Positions 1 to 13,263 of a stretch of 64,000 bases of DNA are shown piece by piece. Origin of the DNA: Paecilomyces variotii. Its lineage: Eukaryota. The notes under the pieces are model-generated. The model was not told where the DNA came from and ran no database searches. It was given only the letters and a program-made list of their open reading frames with translations. Each line of letters begins with the position of its first letter. The first letter of the stretch is position 1. The stretch lies in the NCBI GenBank assembly GCA_004022145.1, contig RCNU01000002.1; one strand, given 5' to 3'. The position numbers and the translations under genes are program-made.

Positions 1-599
1 TTAGACATCGGCCTACCGTCGCATCATCGAACTCTAGTTAACCGTGTTGGTAGTATGCACTCGAAAGCACGGCCCATGTGGTGAGAATAGAAACTCAGAA
101 AGATCTACTATTGTAATTGATCAGCTGAGTTAATACATGCTTCGCGACGATGCAAAGGGATTGATATGGCAGCGTACTTAGCTTGGTGGTCTTCTCAAAA
201 GCCAAAACCGACCGAAGAGTGAAGTCGCGTGTATATTACACTCGGTGAGGTGAATGCCCATAATTTCACAGAAAACGATATTATGTATTCTATTAAGCTC
301 TTAAGTGGCATAATAAGTGATAAGGGGAGGTATCAAAAAGAGCAGAAAACGACAACGCTTATTCAATCCCGCTATCCTCCTGGGTATCAAACGAACCGGC
401 GTCCTTGACACAAACGCATGTAGTTGTGCTATAAGCCGGACATGAAACCAGACCAAATCCAGCCACAAATATCACCATAATCCATAGTATAATCCTGCCT
501 TCTGTCAGAATACATGTCAAAGCCACACGAGACATAGGAGAGCACGCCGAACTTCAATAAGAGACAAGGGTATCTTATCAGCTAGGAAAGCTGCAGCAT

Positions 600-2179
600 T
601 TATTCGGCCCCAGCGGGAGCCAGCGCAGCTGCCCCGGCGGCGGACTCAGCCTTAGCTGGTTCTTCCTTTGCCTCTTCCGCCTGCTGCTCTTTAACTGGTT
701 CAGCCTTTGCAGGTTCTTCCTTAGCCGGTTCTTCCTTAGCCGGTTCTTCCTTAGCCGGTTCTTCCTTAGCCGGTTCTTCCTTAGCCGGTTCTTCCTTAGC
801 CGGTTCTTCCTTAGGCGGTTCAGCCTTTGTAGGTTCTTCCTTAGCGGGCTCTTCCTTAGCCGGTTCCTCTTTGGCTTCCTCCTTATTAGTTCTCTCCTCG
901 ACGGGCTCTTCCTTGGGCTTCTCTTCCTTGACAGGCTCATTAGACGGCTCCTCCTTCGCAGCGTCCTTTGGAGGTTCTTCCTTAGCAGGCTCATCTTTAG
1001 TTGCAGCCGGTGCGGGCTGCTCGTCTGAAAGACGAGGAGTCGCGCCGCTCTCTTTCAGTTCAGGTGCCTTTCCACCGTAAGACTTTGGAATCTCATCCGC
1101 AAAGGAGAACTCGCGGGCGAGATTCGCTCCATTGGTGATTGGGTGGAACTTCCGCAGTGTGTTCTTGCTGAGGAAGACTTTCATGGCGGTGAACATCCAG
1201 CCCATGATGGCAGGAACGTTGACGAAAAACTTTTCCCGGAGAAGCTCAGGGTAGGCCATACTGAACACTTCGATTGTCTGCTTGGAGGCAGCACGAATGG
1301 TTGGATTCAAGCGCAGAAAGCTGACATTCTGGTAGTCGTGGACCTGAATCATCTGGTATGGGTCTTCTCCTGTGTAGTCAATCACAGACGTCGCCTCGCC
1401 CAGCTTCAGATCCTTGACAGCAATCTCCATGAGAGCCACACGCCACTTGATAAAGCTATTGTATCATAAGAATCAGGAAGGACCATAAGTGGCGACAGAG
1501 GTACTTACTCATCGACATCCCCGAATGTTGCGTTGATATCCTTGACGGCACCATAGATGTTCCAGGTGAAAATCACCTCTCCATTTTTGGGGTCTTTGTG
1601 AGAGGTGATATATCCCAGACCACCATACTTGCTGGCGTTAAAGCTCGTCTCGACCAGTGCGGTGGGGTTGATCTTCTTGCGCCATTCCAGGGCCTTGGTT
1701 AACTGCTGCTCAGCCAAAGCGACATTGCCTTCATTGGCACGAAGGAACTTGATCAAGATGTTGGCCGTTGGGGGATGGCTGGCGTCCTTGAGGGTAACAC
1801 CCCACATCTCACTGTGGCCGGTTTTAGAGAGAATAGAAGGGAGCTTGTCAAAGAACTGGCTCAGGGCCGGGTTCTTGGCAAGGAACTCTGGCTTCGCTGG
1901 CGCAGCTTCAGCAGGCTTTGCCTCTGCTGCATCGTTCTCCTTCGTCACTGCCGGCTCTTCCTTGGGCGCCTCTTTGGATTCCTCCTTTACGGGAGCGGCG
2001 GCTGCATCAGCAGTGGCAGGCTCGTTTGTGTTGGCTTCGGCGGGTTTCTCTGCAGGTGCTTCTGAGGGCTTCTCCTCCGGGACAGCAGCAGCGGTGTTCT
2101 CTGCGGTCGGTTCAGGGACCTTCTCTGCGGGCTGGCTGTCAGGGACAGCCGTTGGAGTGACCTGCTCGGTAGCAGACAT
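600..2179 (-). CDS. SFH5: Phosphatidylinositol transfer protein Sfh5 (CRAL-TRIO/Sec14 family), 2 exons
   Basis: Exon 1 2179-1509 (EMWGVTL, ILIKFLRANEGNV, WNIYG). GTAAGT..TAG intron 1508-1456. Exon 2 1455-600 (DFIKWRVALME, QVHDYQNVSFLR, YPELLREKFFVNVP). Confidence 0.92.
721..810. repeat. Coding 15-bp tandem repeat (ttagccggttcttcc)x6 encoding KEEPA units in the Sfh5 tail
   Basis: Six perfect copies read directly; degenerate copies extend over ~650-1000. Confidence 0.95.
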
Positions 2180-2997
2180 CTTCTGAATCGCTTCGACAAA
2201 ATAAATCTATTCAGACCTGAATCAGTAAAGGCTCCAAGGCTAGCAAATATGTGTAGCCCTCTTGATGAAGAGGCCTGAAACAAGAACTATGCCGATGGAC
2301 GTATCACAGGCAACAATAAATTAGAGTGTGAGCGATATCGGTGCTTCCATGGAAACCTCAAACTAGTACAAAGCAAATTAAAATGTCTATTTGAGACTTA
2401 CACTGCGATACAAGATCTCTGATGCAAAATATCGTGCTCAATGCAGTCGCGGTGCGTGGGCTGTCCAGCGTGGAATGTCTTGGAAACGGGGGGTTGTGTT
2501 TCTCAGGAGATTCTCAGGAGAAGAGCCGGCGGAGATAAATAACAGTTTATTAATTACTCCAAGTCCAGATAGTTACTTCGGGCTGTTCAACGAGTAAGCT
2601 CAGGAGCTTGGGGCAGCTGCGGCCCGCCCCATCGGGTCACGTGGAAACCGACGTTCCTGCGCTAACGGCCGCCTCGTACAGTCTGGACTGCGAAGATGGG
2701 ACTCGCCAGCCGTGTCGTTGTTTCATCTTCACCTGGAGCATTCTAGCGAAGATGGTGCTCTAATTGGCCGTAGACTGCCCGCAAGACACGACACTTCACG
2801 AAGAATGAAGCATTCTGGTGGCACAAGCGCCGGCTCTGCTTACCCATCAGTGGAAGACAAGCAGGTCTTGTTTCACATCAACGCTCCCTTCAGATTAATT
2901 AAGATCATATTTAGCGAACTTCGCATGGTACTGAAATTACATTATGTATGTATGTATGTATGTACTTTTGTTTCAACGTCTTGACGAGAATATGTGC

Positions 2998-4856
2998 TCA
3001 ATCTGCCACCTCCTTCACAGGACCTCTATACAGTCTCCTGCCGTATGTCCAATAGCTAATGAAGCTGATCGCCAACACTCCCAAGAATACCACGCTGGTC
3101 CAGTTGAAGTTCTCTGTGGTGACAGGGATAGTCGAGGGGAAGAACATGAAGAATGAAGTGAAAACAAGATATACGATCGAAAAGAGATTGACCCAGAGAC
3201 CAAGTCGCCCTAGGCGCCAGGGCCCGAAATGGATACTATCCCCGCGGAGCCTGCGTATCACAAGGAGGATGATAGGCATCATGTAGGTGAAATACAGTGC
3301 AACCGTAGCGAGTCCCACAATGGCAGAGAAGGCTGCTGTATTCCCGATGTTGATAAGGCCCAAGAGAAGCAGCATTCCAGCAGTGACCATAACGGCGGTG
3401 ACTGGGAGAGCACGTTTTTGGTCAATCTGCAACGAGAATGGAAGTTAGAAGATGATATCGGTGTATACGGGAAAAGGTTTAGCTCACATGTGCGATACGA
3501 TCAGAAAAAGGCAAGCCATTGTCTCGTGCAAATGCCCATGTGGTGCGCGAAGCCGACGCCATGAGTCCAAGAGTGGAAAACACAGCGCTGGCAACAAGGC
3601 CACATACCATTGCCGTTGCTGCTTTCTTGGAGCCGGTAGCTTGGTAAAATATTTCGATAATAGGATACCCTGTTGGCGTTGCTAGAGCTGCCTGAAGATC
3701 CCCCATGCTAAACAGCACAGCGATTAAGAAGCCGAAACCCAAGGCGCCGTTGAGCAGGATACTCATCATCAGCGATCGTGGGACGATCACTTCAGCATTT
3801 TCGATTTCCTCGCCTGTAAAACGATGAGTCCAAGATCTCAGATGCCGCGAAGGGGACGAACTTACTCATATGTGCAGCCCCATCCCATCCGGTAAAAGGA
3901 AAGGCGCTGGTCATCAGACCAACACACCACGCGATACCATTGTTGTTCCAACCCCCGAGACTCTCAAAGTCAGTAAATACAAACTCTGCAGAGTGCTGAG
4001 GGGCCAGGTAAACCATGGGAATGAGTAGGAGGAAAAACATGCCGACGTGGAGCAAGAGCATGAGAGTTTCCAGGTGTGGCAGATATTTGATGGCAAAGAT
4101 ATTGACACAAACACTCAATACCACAATTGCAGTGAAAAGCAGAGTCCCATGCCATCGCTCAAAGACGTATGACTCGTCATTCAAGACCAACAGCCCTTGG
4201 ATAATAGTGCCACCTAGGAAGGCAGGTGATGCAACTGCTGCCATCCAGGCAATGACTGTCACCCATCCTGTTACCCAACTGAGATGTATCGAAGCGCCAG
4301 GGGGTGAGAGGAGCGCAACCCAGTGATATTGTCCTCCTGAAGTTGGGGCCCTTCACATTGTTAAATGACTTCCTTTCCTGTGAGTTCGTTTGAGGACTTA
4401 CATAGACGCTAGCTCTCCTAGAGAGGCTGCAGTTGCTAACGTCCCGAAGAAGCACAGGATATATCCATACACGAGCGACACCGGGCCCCCATTGACCAGA
4501 CCACCTTGCAATAGACTGCCTTTATCAGTGATGTGCGGTTTAAACAGGAACCAAGGGAATCCTTACGCAGCCAGCGGCTCCCATGTAGCCATTAATGTAG
4601 TTGAAAATCCAAGCATCGACATAAAACCGAATTGTCGCTGAAAAGGCAGAAGACCGTCAGTATCTATGCTAATTTCGCAGAAACGATGATCCCAGAGCAA
4701 CTGTCTTACCTTAAGCTGTGGACGTTTCCCCTGTCGCTGCAGAGCCTGTGAATCCGACAACTGTTGGACTTTTCGAGACATCTCGCTGCAGCTCTCGACA
4801 CCATCGTCGAACACCGGTGTCGCATGACACTGCTTCTCGACATCATAAACGCCCAT
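2998..4856 (-). CDS. Amino acid/GABA/choline permease (APC superfamily), multi-exon
   Basis: Starts MGVYDVEK. Motifs RQFGFMSMLGFS, GWDGAAHMS|EEIENA, SRTTWAFARDNGLPFS and GPWRLGRLG; many TM segments; several GT-AG introns. Confidence 0.88.
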
Positions 4857-7023
4857 TGCCGGTAGTTCCTCTCCTGGAGGAAAGACGTCAAGTCTGTTTC
4901 GTACGAAGGGAATGAAGATCAGAACTATTAGGTACAAGAGAGATTTATTCACTGAGAGTTATGCTGCGTTTACTGCTATGCCTGCAGTTGCTGTGACGGA
5001 ACAGCACACGCCCAAAATAGGATGCTATACATGTGTCACAGAGGAAGTCCAAGGACAATTCTTGTATCTACATGGAATCGATCTCTTAATGTATTACTCA
5101 CGAGGCACACTGCCTCACGTCGGCAGGCCAGTCGCGTCTCGATCCCTGGCTAGAACAATTGGCCCATGCATAGAGCAAATATCAGCTAGGAGACAGAGTG
5201 CCCTTCCGGCATGGCCCTCCGGCGCGGAGAATTCCGCTGGATAGATTATCTAGAAAAGCTGTCACAGTATGGTATGCAAGGGGGGTGGAGGGAGCTTTCT
5301 TCCTCCGAGCTCGAGGAAGTGCATTACTTCCACCTAAACCACCGCGTCGCTTCACGGGAGATACTGTTGAGAAAGACAGTGTACGTTAATTATGATAGGA
5401 AAGATACTTTATTTTATTATACGGACGTATCATGTTTCCCCGTATATATCTGGCGGCTTTTTCGAATGTTGTCGCTAACAACATCGATGACAGGGATGTA
5501 TACCTGCGCCCGAAGGTAAGCGGGGAGAAGAAAAAAAAGACTAGCAATATAGATTGAATTAGTCGCCTATGCCTTTCCCACAGAAAATAATCGAACTGCC
5601 GATGAAGAGCTCGATGCTTCAAGCATGTGGTTATCCATGGAGATACCCCTCGTGGCATATGTCGCTCTTACCCTCGCGAACCATGAACGACAACCGCGTG
5701 GTTGACACCAGACATACTCTAGAATCGCACATTGTTCGCTCGCGACTAGAGCTGGGAATTTGCCTTATCTCCGAAAGGGGCTATTCGGTTGTCGCGTGGC
5801 CGTTAGGGAGCTTCATTGAGCTGAAATAGAGTATGCAGCTTGTCGCTAGTCGATATGCAGAGCAAGGGGCTGTAGCTCCCTACTTGACCGAAACACCCAG
5901 CACACAAAGTACAGCAACACCACTTTATAGTCATTCACAAGGTGCAATTTTCAAAACCAATCTCTCTGGTTATGGTTCTGCTGATTTGGTGGTCATCTGG
6001 GCTAGTTGTCAATCTCGGGAGACTAACCAGAGTAGATTTCCTTGGGAGTTAGCGGAATAGGTATTCTCATCATGTCTTTTCGAAACACTCTGGGAATGCT
6101 ACTATACATAGATCTATTCACATCCACTGCTTTGAATCTATGTATTAGATATCTCGTATTTCTGCAGGATTGGCCACAATCACAAGACCACTGCTCCTAG
6201 AGTAGTTCTGGGGATCCAGAGAGTCCCAGCTCCAGGACCCTCCTGTAACTACAGCGGACCCCATACCTTGCATGGGTTGAAAGGACTCGAGCTAATTTAA
6301 ACAATGCATTCACCGGACATCAATCCTTTTCAAGATTTCAACTGCCGGAGTTTATTCCTAACTTGGTCCAGACGCTATGTCGGGGATAAGCGACAGGAAT
6401 CTTGTCGAGCTCGAAGTTGGTGAAGATCACACGGAGCATAGTGCATTCCAAGTTGTTTGAGCCAGAAGCTGTTCCTCTCTCTCCCTGCAGAAGCATTGTT
6501 GCCGCAGATTCTGCCCATGACAGAGACAATAGGCGATCGATATCGTGTTGCTACTGATTGTTCGCTGAATACCTTCAGCCTCACAGAGACAAAGAGGCTT
6601 AGATGTTGCCACTGGATCAACTTGTTTAGGTTCTATATGTATCTTAGTTACTAGTAAGGCAATCAGCGCCATGCATTGCGGATAATGCGATGTGGCTTGC
6701 CGATCTAAGACATGGGGAAATTGGCTCTTTCCTGGGCTTGCACATACATCATCTATCAGAGGATAATCGTTCTTATCTAGCATTATTGCAGGATCTTAGC
6801 CTCATATCCAGGATCGACATCTTCATATGAAAACCGCCCATGACCCCCCTCTCCCGCCTCCCATGAAGAAAGATATGAAAGGTTTCGCAACTTTCGAACG
6901 CGACTAGGAGCTACCACTTCCTCATATTGAGTTATACATATTTATTATCTGTCCTACAGCGCCAATGCATGAAAGAAACTTACATGTGGCACCATGGGGT
7001 TACATTCAAAACAACTGATATAC

Positions 7024-8701
7024 ATGCTCTCACCCCCGCATGGGAAGATCACTCCTCAAGACCATGGAGGCTACATTGTGATCATGACTTGGATTATGAT
7101 GTCCCTCATGAGCTTAACAGTTCTGGCTAGATTACTGACGCGCATTATCCCTGTTACAATATATGGATGGGACGATGTAGCAATTGGTCTTGGGATGGTA
7201 TGTTTTTCTTTTGTTAAGTGGATATTCGAGACGATACACTGACTCCCAGACGAAGGTTGTTGCCATAATTCAGTCCGTCGTTGTCCATTGGGCAGTGAAC
7301 AATGGCATGGGACGCCATTATAGTGCGTTAAACTCTCATGAATTCACACTGTACAGCAAGGCAGGCAACTGAGGAACTTGTATGTGAGGGAAAGAGTCGG
7401 GCTAACCCGTCGAATAGTACAATTACGCCGCTCAAATATTATTTACCATAGCGCTCTGCTTCGCAAAACTTTCCGTTTTGCTTTTTATCTCGAGACTCAC
7501 CCCTTCAATAGAAATGAAGCGGGTATCTCGTGTCGCAGCGGGAATTGTGACAGCATGGGGCATGTCGTTCGCTACTGCACTCGCATTGCAGTGTAAAGGA
7601 CCCGCACATTGGGATTTCTCGCAGGAGGAGAACTGCGTGGATAGAGTTGGTCGTCAACTATTCCTCCATGATTCTATGTGTTCTAATATGTGGATATTAG
7701 TCCAGTCTCTACTGTCTTTTCGGGACACTCGATATTATCACAGAGGTCGCTATCATGAGTCTACCAGCGTTCATTGTCTGGAACGTACAAATTACGAGAC
7801 GGCAGCGATGGACGGTTATAGGTGTATTCTGTTCTCGTTTGTTGTGAGTTCTTCTAGTTTGAACTCCTCAACTGGGTCCATCTAATATAGCCTATAGTGT
7901 CTGCGTTTCTACGGCCTTTACGTTGAGTACTCTACGCCCTTATCGTGAGGCTGGAGATCAGACTTGGAATGAGGTAACTCCTCAGATATGGATACAGTAT
8001 GTATGCCTCAGAGTCAAAGGGCCTGTAACTTAGGGACTAACATACCATGGTTTAGAACTACACAGGCATTATCTCTAACGACAGCTTGCATCCCTTGTCT
8101 TCGTCCTTTTCTCGCCTCGCTTGAGTCCGGCTTCATTGACTCCACGATGCGCTCCCACATCAATAAGACCTATGGAAGCAGCTCTGGAAGCGCTGCTAAA
8201 GGTTCAGCTTCTGGTGGCAGCCGTAGTGATGGCAGCAACCCCACATCTGAAGAAGGAATCGAGCTCAAAGCCATTGGGCGAAGAACGGAGACGTCTAGAG
8301 TGGCAATCCTAACGCCGGATAACAATCTCTTTACGTCTCGTATGGCGTCGACGAGTATTCAAACAGACGCAAGGAAAGCTAAGGCCGCATTATCTGGCCT
8401 TCAGAAACGAACAGAATCAAATTTCGACGACGGTCTCCCGTTCAGAGTTGGCGACAGAACAATTAGGAAGATTTCCAATCATCGGTACCAAATTCCACCT
8501 CGACCACTTGGTAGTTCTGGTGGTGAATCCACACGCCCCCTGAACGACTCTACGGAGATGGTGCTTTTTACGGACGATGAATCGAGTACAGAAGCAGATC
8601 ATCGAGGAAGGCAACCTTTTGAGTCTAATAGGGGAAACAATATTAGGAGAGCCAGAGACAGTCTCGACTCATACAGAGGGGGGAAACTATCTTATACTTG
8701 A
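7024..8701 (+). CDS. PTH11-like / fungal rhodopsin-domain integral membrane protein, multi-exon
   Basis: ITPQDHGG..TM..GWDD, GMGRH, LCFAKLSVLLFI, ALQC, TACIPCLRPFL motifs and a long Ser-rich cytosolic tail. Start codon inferred. Confidence 0.8.
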
Positions 8702-9059
8702 GCAGAAATAAGATTCATACAGCGTTCTTTGTTTATCTCGTTTGATGATTCCCCATGTGCTACGTCTCAAATTCCCATCTCGAGCGTCTGAAACTACTTT
8801 TTACTGTACATAGCGCATTACTGCTACATACTGGTGCGGTCCAGCATACGAAGGCGTGTTCATGCATGGTATCCTAAGACTTTTAATTCAAAGCGTATAT
8901 AGATGGACATCCCGAATTTTGGTATATCCCTAACTCTGGTTATAGAGGACATCGACTTATGAGTACCGATCTAGAATTATACTACAACTTTATCCACAAG
9001 TACTTGGCAGTACCAAGGAAATGTTGAACGAGCATCTATGATTTCTCCAGTGCGGACAC

Positions 9060-10250
9060 CTGGCCCCTCAGCTAACGACTTTTTATCCCTTGCTTAAAGC
9101 ATGCCTCCCGTCCCGCTTAGCCTTACGCCCCCTCCCCTAACTGTCACCTTCGCTCGCGATAGTCTAACGCTACTCTCCTAGCCAACCGCCATATGCGAAG
9201 CAAGGGCGATCATTATTGTCTATAAGCGAGGTATGACAGAACCACAGATAAGAGCATGAAGCGGCGATAAGCGTGTCTGAGCTCAGAGATCTTATTAGTT
9301 CCCCTCTGGCATGCCGAGCCTGTTACAGCCTTAATTAGGAATTCTTAGCAAAATTACTTATAGAATTGCTTTTCTAGATTAGAGAAATGCAATCAGACGA
9401 CTAGGATTCAATATACCTCTGTATTTCCGTCAATGTCCATAGAGTATAACTAGCGGGTAAGGTGGCTAAGTATTTTTAGTCTAATACGGAAGCTATTTGG
9501 CCTAAATTCTAACAGGAACAGCATAATGATTAAGTGCATCTATATACGGGTCTTTATCCGCCATGTCGATATGTTATAGATTGATACACTAACTATCTAG
9601 TATGGATCTCGCAAGGATACTATATGCTGTTCTTTTCGAGCTTTGGCTCAGCCATTAGACAGTAACCTGGTATTGCTTGACAGATTCAACCGCCCTACTT
9701 CCTTATCAGTCCACCAGGGAATTCAATTATTTACAACTAGATCTGGCTGGATCCAGTAAATTCCAAAAAGACGTGTCGCGCATCTTAGCTATCGAAATAT
9801 TTTTATTTAGATCATCCTTATGATTTTCAGCTTAAGAAGTTGCCGCCACACATGCCTTTACAGCTTCATTGGCGGTTGAGGCTTCCCTAGGCACGTTATA
9901 TTCTCGACAGTGAGACGAACGGTGAAGGTACCAGCTGCCATCCAAAGGCACAACAACCAGAGGTCCAGCTTTACAGTTGCCGCTGCCGGCCCTTTACACT
10001 AGGTATTTCTTATTATAAAACCTAAAAGCTTAGGAAGGAACTTAGGGCCAAGAGGGAGTATTATCAATAGATGATTGCGGCACTTTGAGAATAATAAACA
10101 AGAACTAGATGCAAGATCTATGTTAAGAAGGAATACCGGGCGCTCTAGGACTCTTTTATACATATACATGACTAACTATAGTCTACTAGGATTATATGTC
10201 ATATTACCTAGTGCAAAACGAGATGGAAGATGAAAAAGAAGTAAGTATAT
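9060..10250 (+). pseudogene. TA-rich, probably RIP-degraded coding remnant, identity uncertain
   Basis: No long ORFs and many TAG/TAA. Readable fragments MPPVPLSLTPPP (9101) and LQLDLAGSSKFQKDVSRILAIEI (9731). Confidence 0.35.
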
Positions 10251-10267
10251 AAAAAAAACTGCAAAAA

Positions 10268-10386
10268 ACATACAACAGCCGGGATTCGCTGGTGGTCACC
10301 CACCCAACTACTAACCGGCCGGCGTGTGGCTTAAGTACGGCTGAGCGGACGGGAAGCCCTGTTTTCCACACCCTATGGTCGTATGT
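10268..10386 (-). rRNA. 5S rRNA gene (dispersed copy)
   Basis: Reverse complement ACATACGACCATAGGGTGTGGAAAACAGGGCTTCCCGTCCGCTCAGCCGTACTTAAGCCAC...GTTAGTAGTTGGGTGGGTGACCACCAGCGAATCCCGGCTGTTGTATGT, 119 nt. TATATA ~25-30 nt upstream; T-run terminator immediately downstream. Confidence 0.97.
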
Positions 10387-10434
10387 GCTAGATATTGCTC
10401 TTAGGGATGTTATATAGTTACACTATTTCACTGT

Positions 10435-10800
10435 TCAAACCAAGTACCGAAGGTCCCGGGAGCTGGATAGCCCCTGAGTGAGACTGTTAAAAGGTATTCG
10501 GATTAGATATGTCAAGTCCAATATACTGGATATCTGAAAAAAAATGATCCGTGGTTCCTGAGAGGATTTAGTATGACAAGAAGCCATTTGCTTGAAGACC
10601 AAATAGGTCAACTCACAGCTCGCTCTATTGCGTTGCAGATTGCTTCTGTCGAATTTCGCCACATATAGCCGTTGACAATATCATCGAGGGGACAGCCGAC
10701 GAATTGGACCAAAGTCCTAGTGGTAGTCTGGAGATTTCTAGTGAAGTTGCGGCTCATGGTGGAAATTGAGTACCTTTCCCGGAAATATGAAGAATACAAT
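10435..10800 (-). pseudogene. Frameshifted fragment of a fungal hypothetical-protein gene
   Basis: Protein-like segments continue across frames (YFRERYSISTM..FVGCPLDDIVNGYMWRNSTEA..ERAVS*, then RIPFNSLTQGLSSSRDLRYLV*), preceded by a tttcag acceptor. Confidence 0.4.
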
Positions 10801-11223
10801 CTGAAAACAATGAAGATATTAAGGATTGTCGATTTAGTGCAGCAGTAAAGTTCATCCTATTTAAATCCTACAACGGCACTCAAAAGACAACCAAATCCAG
10901 GAATTCTTCCATTAATGACGCCAGGCTCTAAGGCCAGGGCTGTGTTTCATGCATAGAGCGCTCAATGTTTTAGACAACTTGTGGCCATCCAATCTACCCA
11001 TTCCGTACAACTGGTAGGGTTGCCTCCAATTGGAACGTGTATATAGTTATCACGCCCGAAACGGAAACTAGTTTACTTAGGGTGTGAAGATCACTTGGCG
11101 CCATACCTATCCAGGTGCTCTCGAATCCTGGTGAGCACATCTTTTGTATGATTATTATTATCATTATTAGCTATTTCCTTTACCTACGCGCTCGACTAGG
11201 GAGCTTTTGCGCTCAACTTCACG

Positions 11224-12758
11224 ATGCAGCAAGCCGCACGAAAGGCTTGGAGTATTTGTATCCCTGACGTTCGCAGAAGCTTGACTACATGTCTATCCTC
11301 TACTTCAATCTTTAAACAAGTTTCCCTACCCTTAAGTCCGAGGAGCATATTCGTGCAGTATCGAACAGTCATGTCGCCATCGCAGTGGACATGCACACCA
11401 AGAGTGTTTCCCACCTCGGGATTCGAGCTACTTGACCAGTCCATTGAGCTTGATGAGGAAACACTGCCGACGTACCAGCCTGAGAAATACTACCCAGTCA
11501 ACCAGGGTGAGATACTCAATGATCGGTATCAAACGCTTGCCAAAATAGGGTACGGAGTAACCTCAACGGTTTGGCTTGCGAAAGACTTGATGTAGGTGCA
11601 AGATTTGTCTCAAGCTAAGTATCTGGACGAGGCGGTTCTAATAGCATGATAAAAATTAGCGCATCAACATATGTTGTTTTGAAAGTCTACGTAACCGGTC
11701 AAAACAGGGATCACGAGCGAGAGCTTCACATCTACAAGCACATGAATCTGAAGGAAACAAAGCATCCCGGCAGAAACTTCATTCGCAAACTCCTGGACCA
11801 TTTTTACATCCAGGGCCCTCATGGCCGTCATATCTGCCTTGTTCACGAGCCTCTCGGAATGAGTGCAGATCTTCTGGTGAAGATGTCTCCTGGACAGGCA
11901 ATGACGCTTGATCAAATGAAGCCAGGTATCCGACAGCTGCTTATCGCTCTAGATTTCCTGCATTCGGAGTGTCACATTATCCATACCGGTAATATACCCA
12001 ACCCCCCCGAAGAGCTTGTAATATAGGCCTAACTCTGTCGCAGATCTTCAGCTGAAGAATTTACTACTGCCGGGACCGGAGACAAGCTATCTTTCTCGAT
12101 TTGAAGAAGCTGAAGTCACGGACCCATCGCCTAGAAAAGTTCTCAGAGACCGAACAATCTACAAGACTTTGAGTTTCCTTCCAAGAGGTGGGCTGCCACT
12201 TCTTACTGATTTTGGGGAAGCTCGATTGGGCGACAAAGAACACAATGACGATATCATGCCGAACATTTACAGAGCTCCTGAAGTGATTTTGAGATCGAGT
12301 TGGGGTTTCAAAGTGGATATCTGGAACGTTGCCATGGTAGTGAGTTTAAACTTATTTTGACTTTGGCTTGACAAAAATGAAAAAAGCTAATATTTTGTCA
12401 TATGTAGGCCTGGGATATCGTTAGCCCTCGCCCCCTTATCAATGGCAAAAACTCAGATGGTATATTTGATGACCGCGTCCACATGGCAGAACTAGTTGCC
12501 CTTCTAGGCCCTCCACCACCCGAATTTCGGGAACAGAGACACCTCAGTTCGGCCTTCTGGGATGAGTCGGGCAACTGGAAGGGAGTAGCCCCGATTCCAG
12601 ACACTACTCTCGAGAGCCTGGCCGAGAAGACTGAAGGGGAAGACAAGGAAGGGTTCTTGCGGTGGCTCCGGATGGCCTTGCAGTGGAACCCCGAGGACCG
12701 GTCGACGTCTTTGGAGTTATTATATGATGAGTGGCTGATGAAGGGGCTAGGAGAATGA
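11224..12758 (+). CDS. SRPK/Sky1-like (CMGC) Ser/Thr protein kinase, 4 exons
   Basis: YYPV..GE.LNDRYQ..AKIGYGVTSTVWLAKD, VVLKV, GPHGRHICLVHEPLG, IIHT|DLQLKN, DFG, YRAPE, VDIWN. Confidence 0.9.
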
Positions 12759-13263
12759 GGTAGGACATAGAAATAGTACGGCCAAATGGAAGCAAGGGCA
12801 GGTTCTTAGGAAACGTCCTTACTCAGAACCTCATCAATGTGGGTATTATTTCCTGAGGCGAGCGAGTTGATCGGAGCAGAGTTGGTGGGATAGAATTATG
12901 TGATCAGCAGGGTTGGTTTTACAAAGTTTGGGCATCCACCATCAAGCAAATGGTGTTAACAGGTAGGCTTCATATTATTAGTGGTTCAGCCTCTTAACTA
13001 CCTAAGTCTCCTGAATTAAGCAATTATTCCCAGTAGCTCCAAGATATTATCTACGACGCAGTTGACTAGCGACAGGCTATCAGACAATCATATCGGTTAC
13101 CTGTGTACAAAAGAGCTAAGGGCGAAAATCCGATGCAAGATACCTAGTGCTCGATTTATCCACGCTAGAAGTGTTCCAAGTCGGTACATGATCAAAAACA
13201 TGATAAAGAGATGAGGGGCATGCAAGACATTAACGGCCTCCCCCCGGTACCAAAAGGACTAGA

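Noticed and set aside
721-810. CRISPR-like array
   Set aside because: No spacers; coding tandem repeat in a eukaryotic gene.
578-994. 138-aa ORF with RKNRL repeats
   Set aside because: Alternative frame of the Sfh5 KEEPA repeat.
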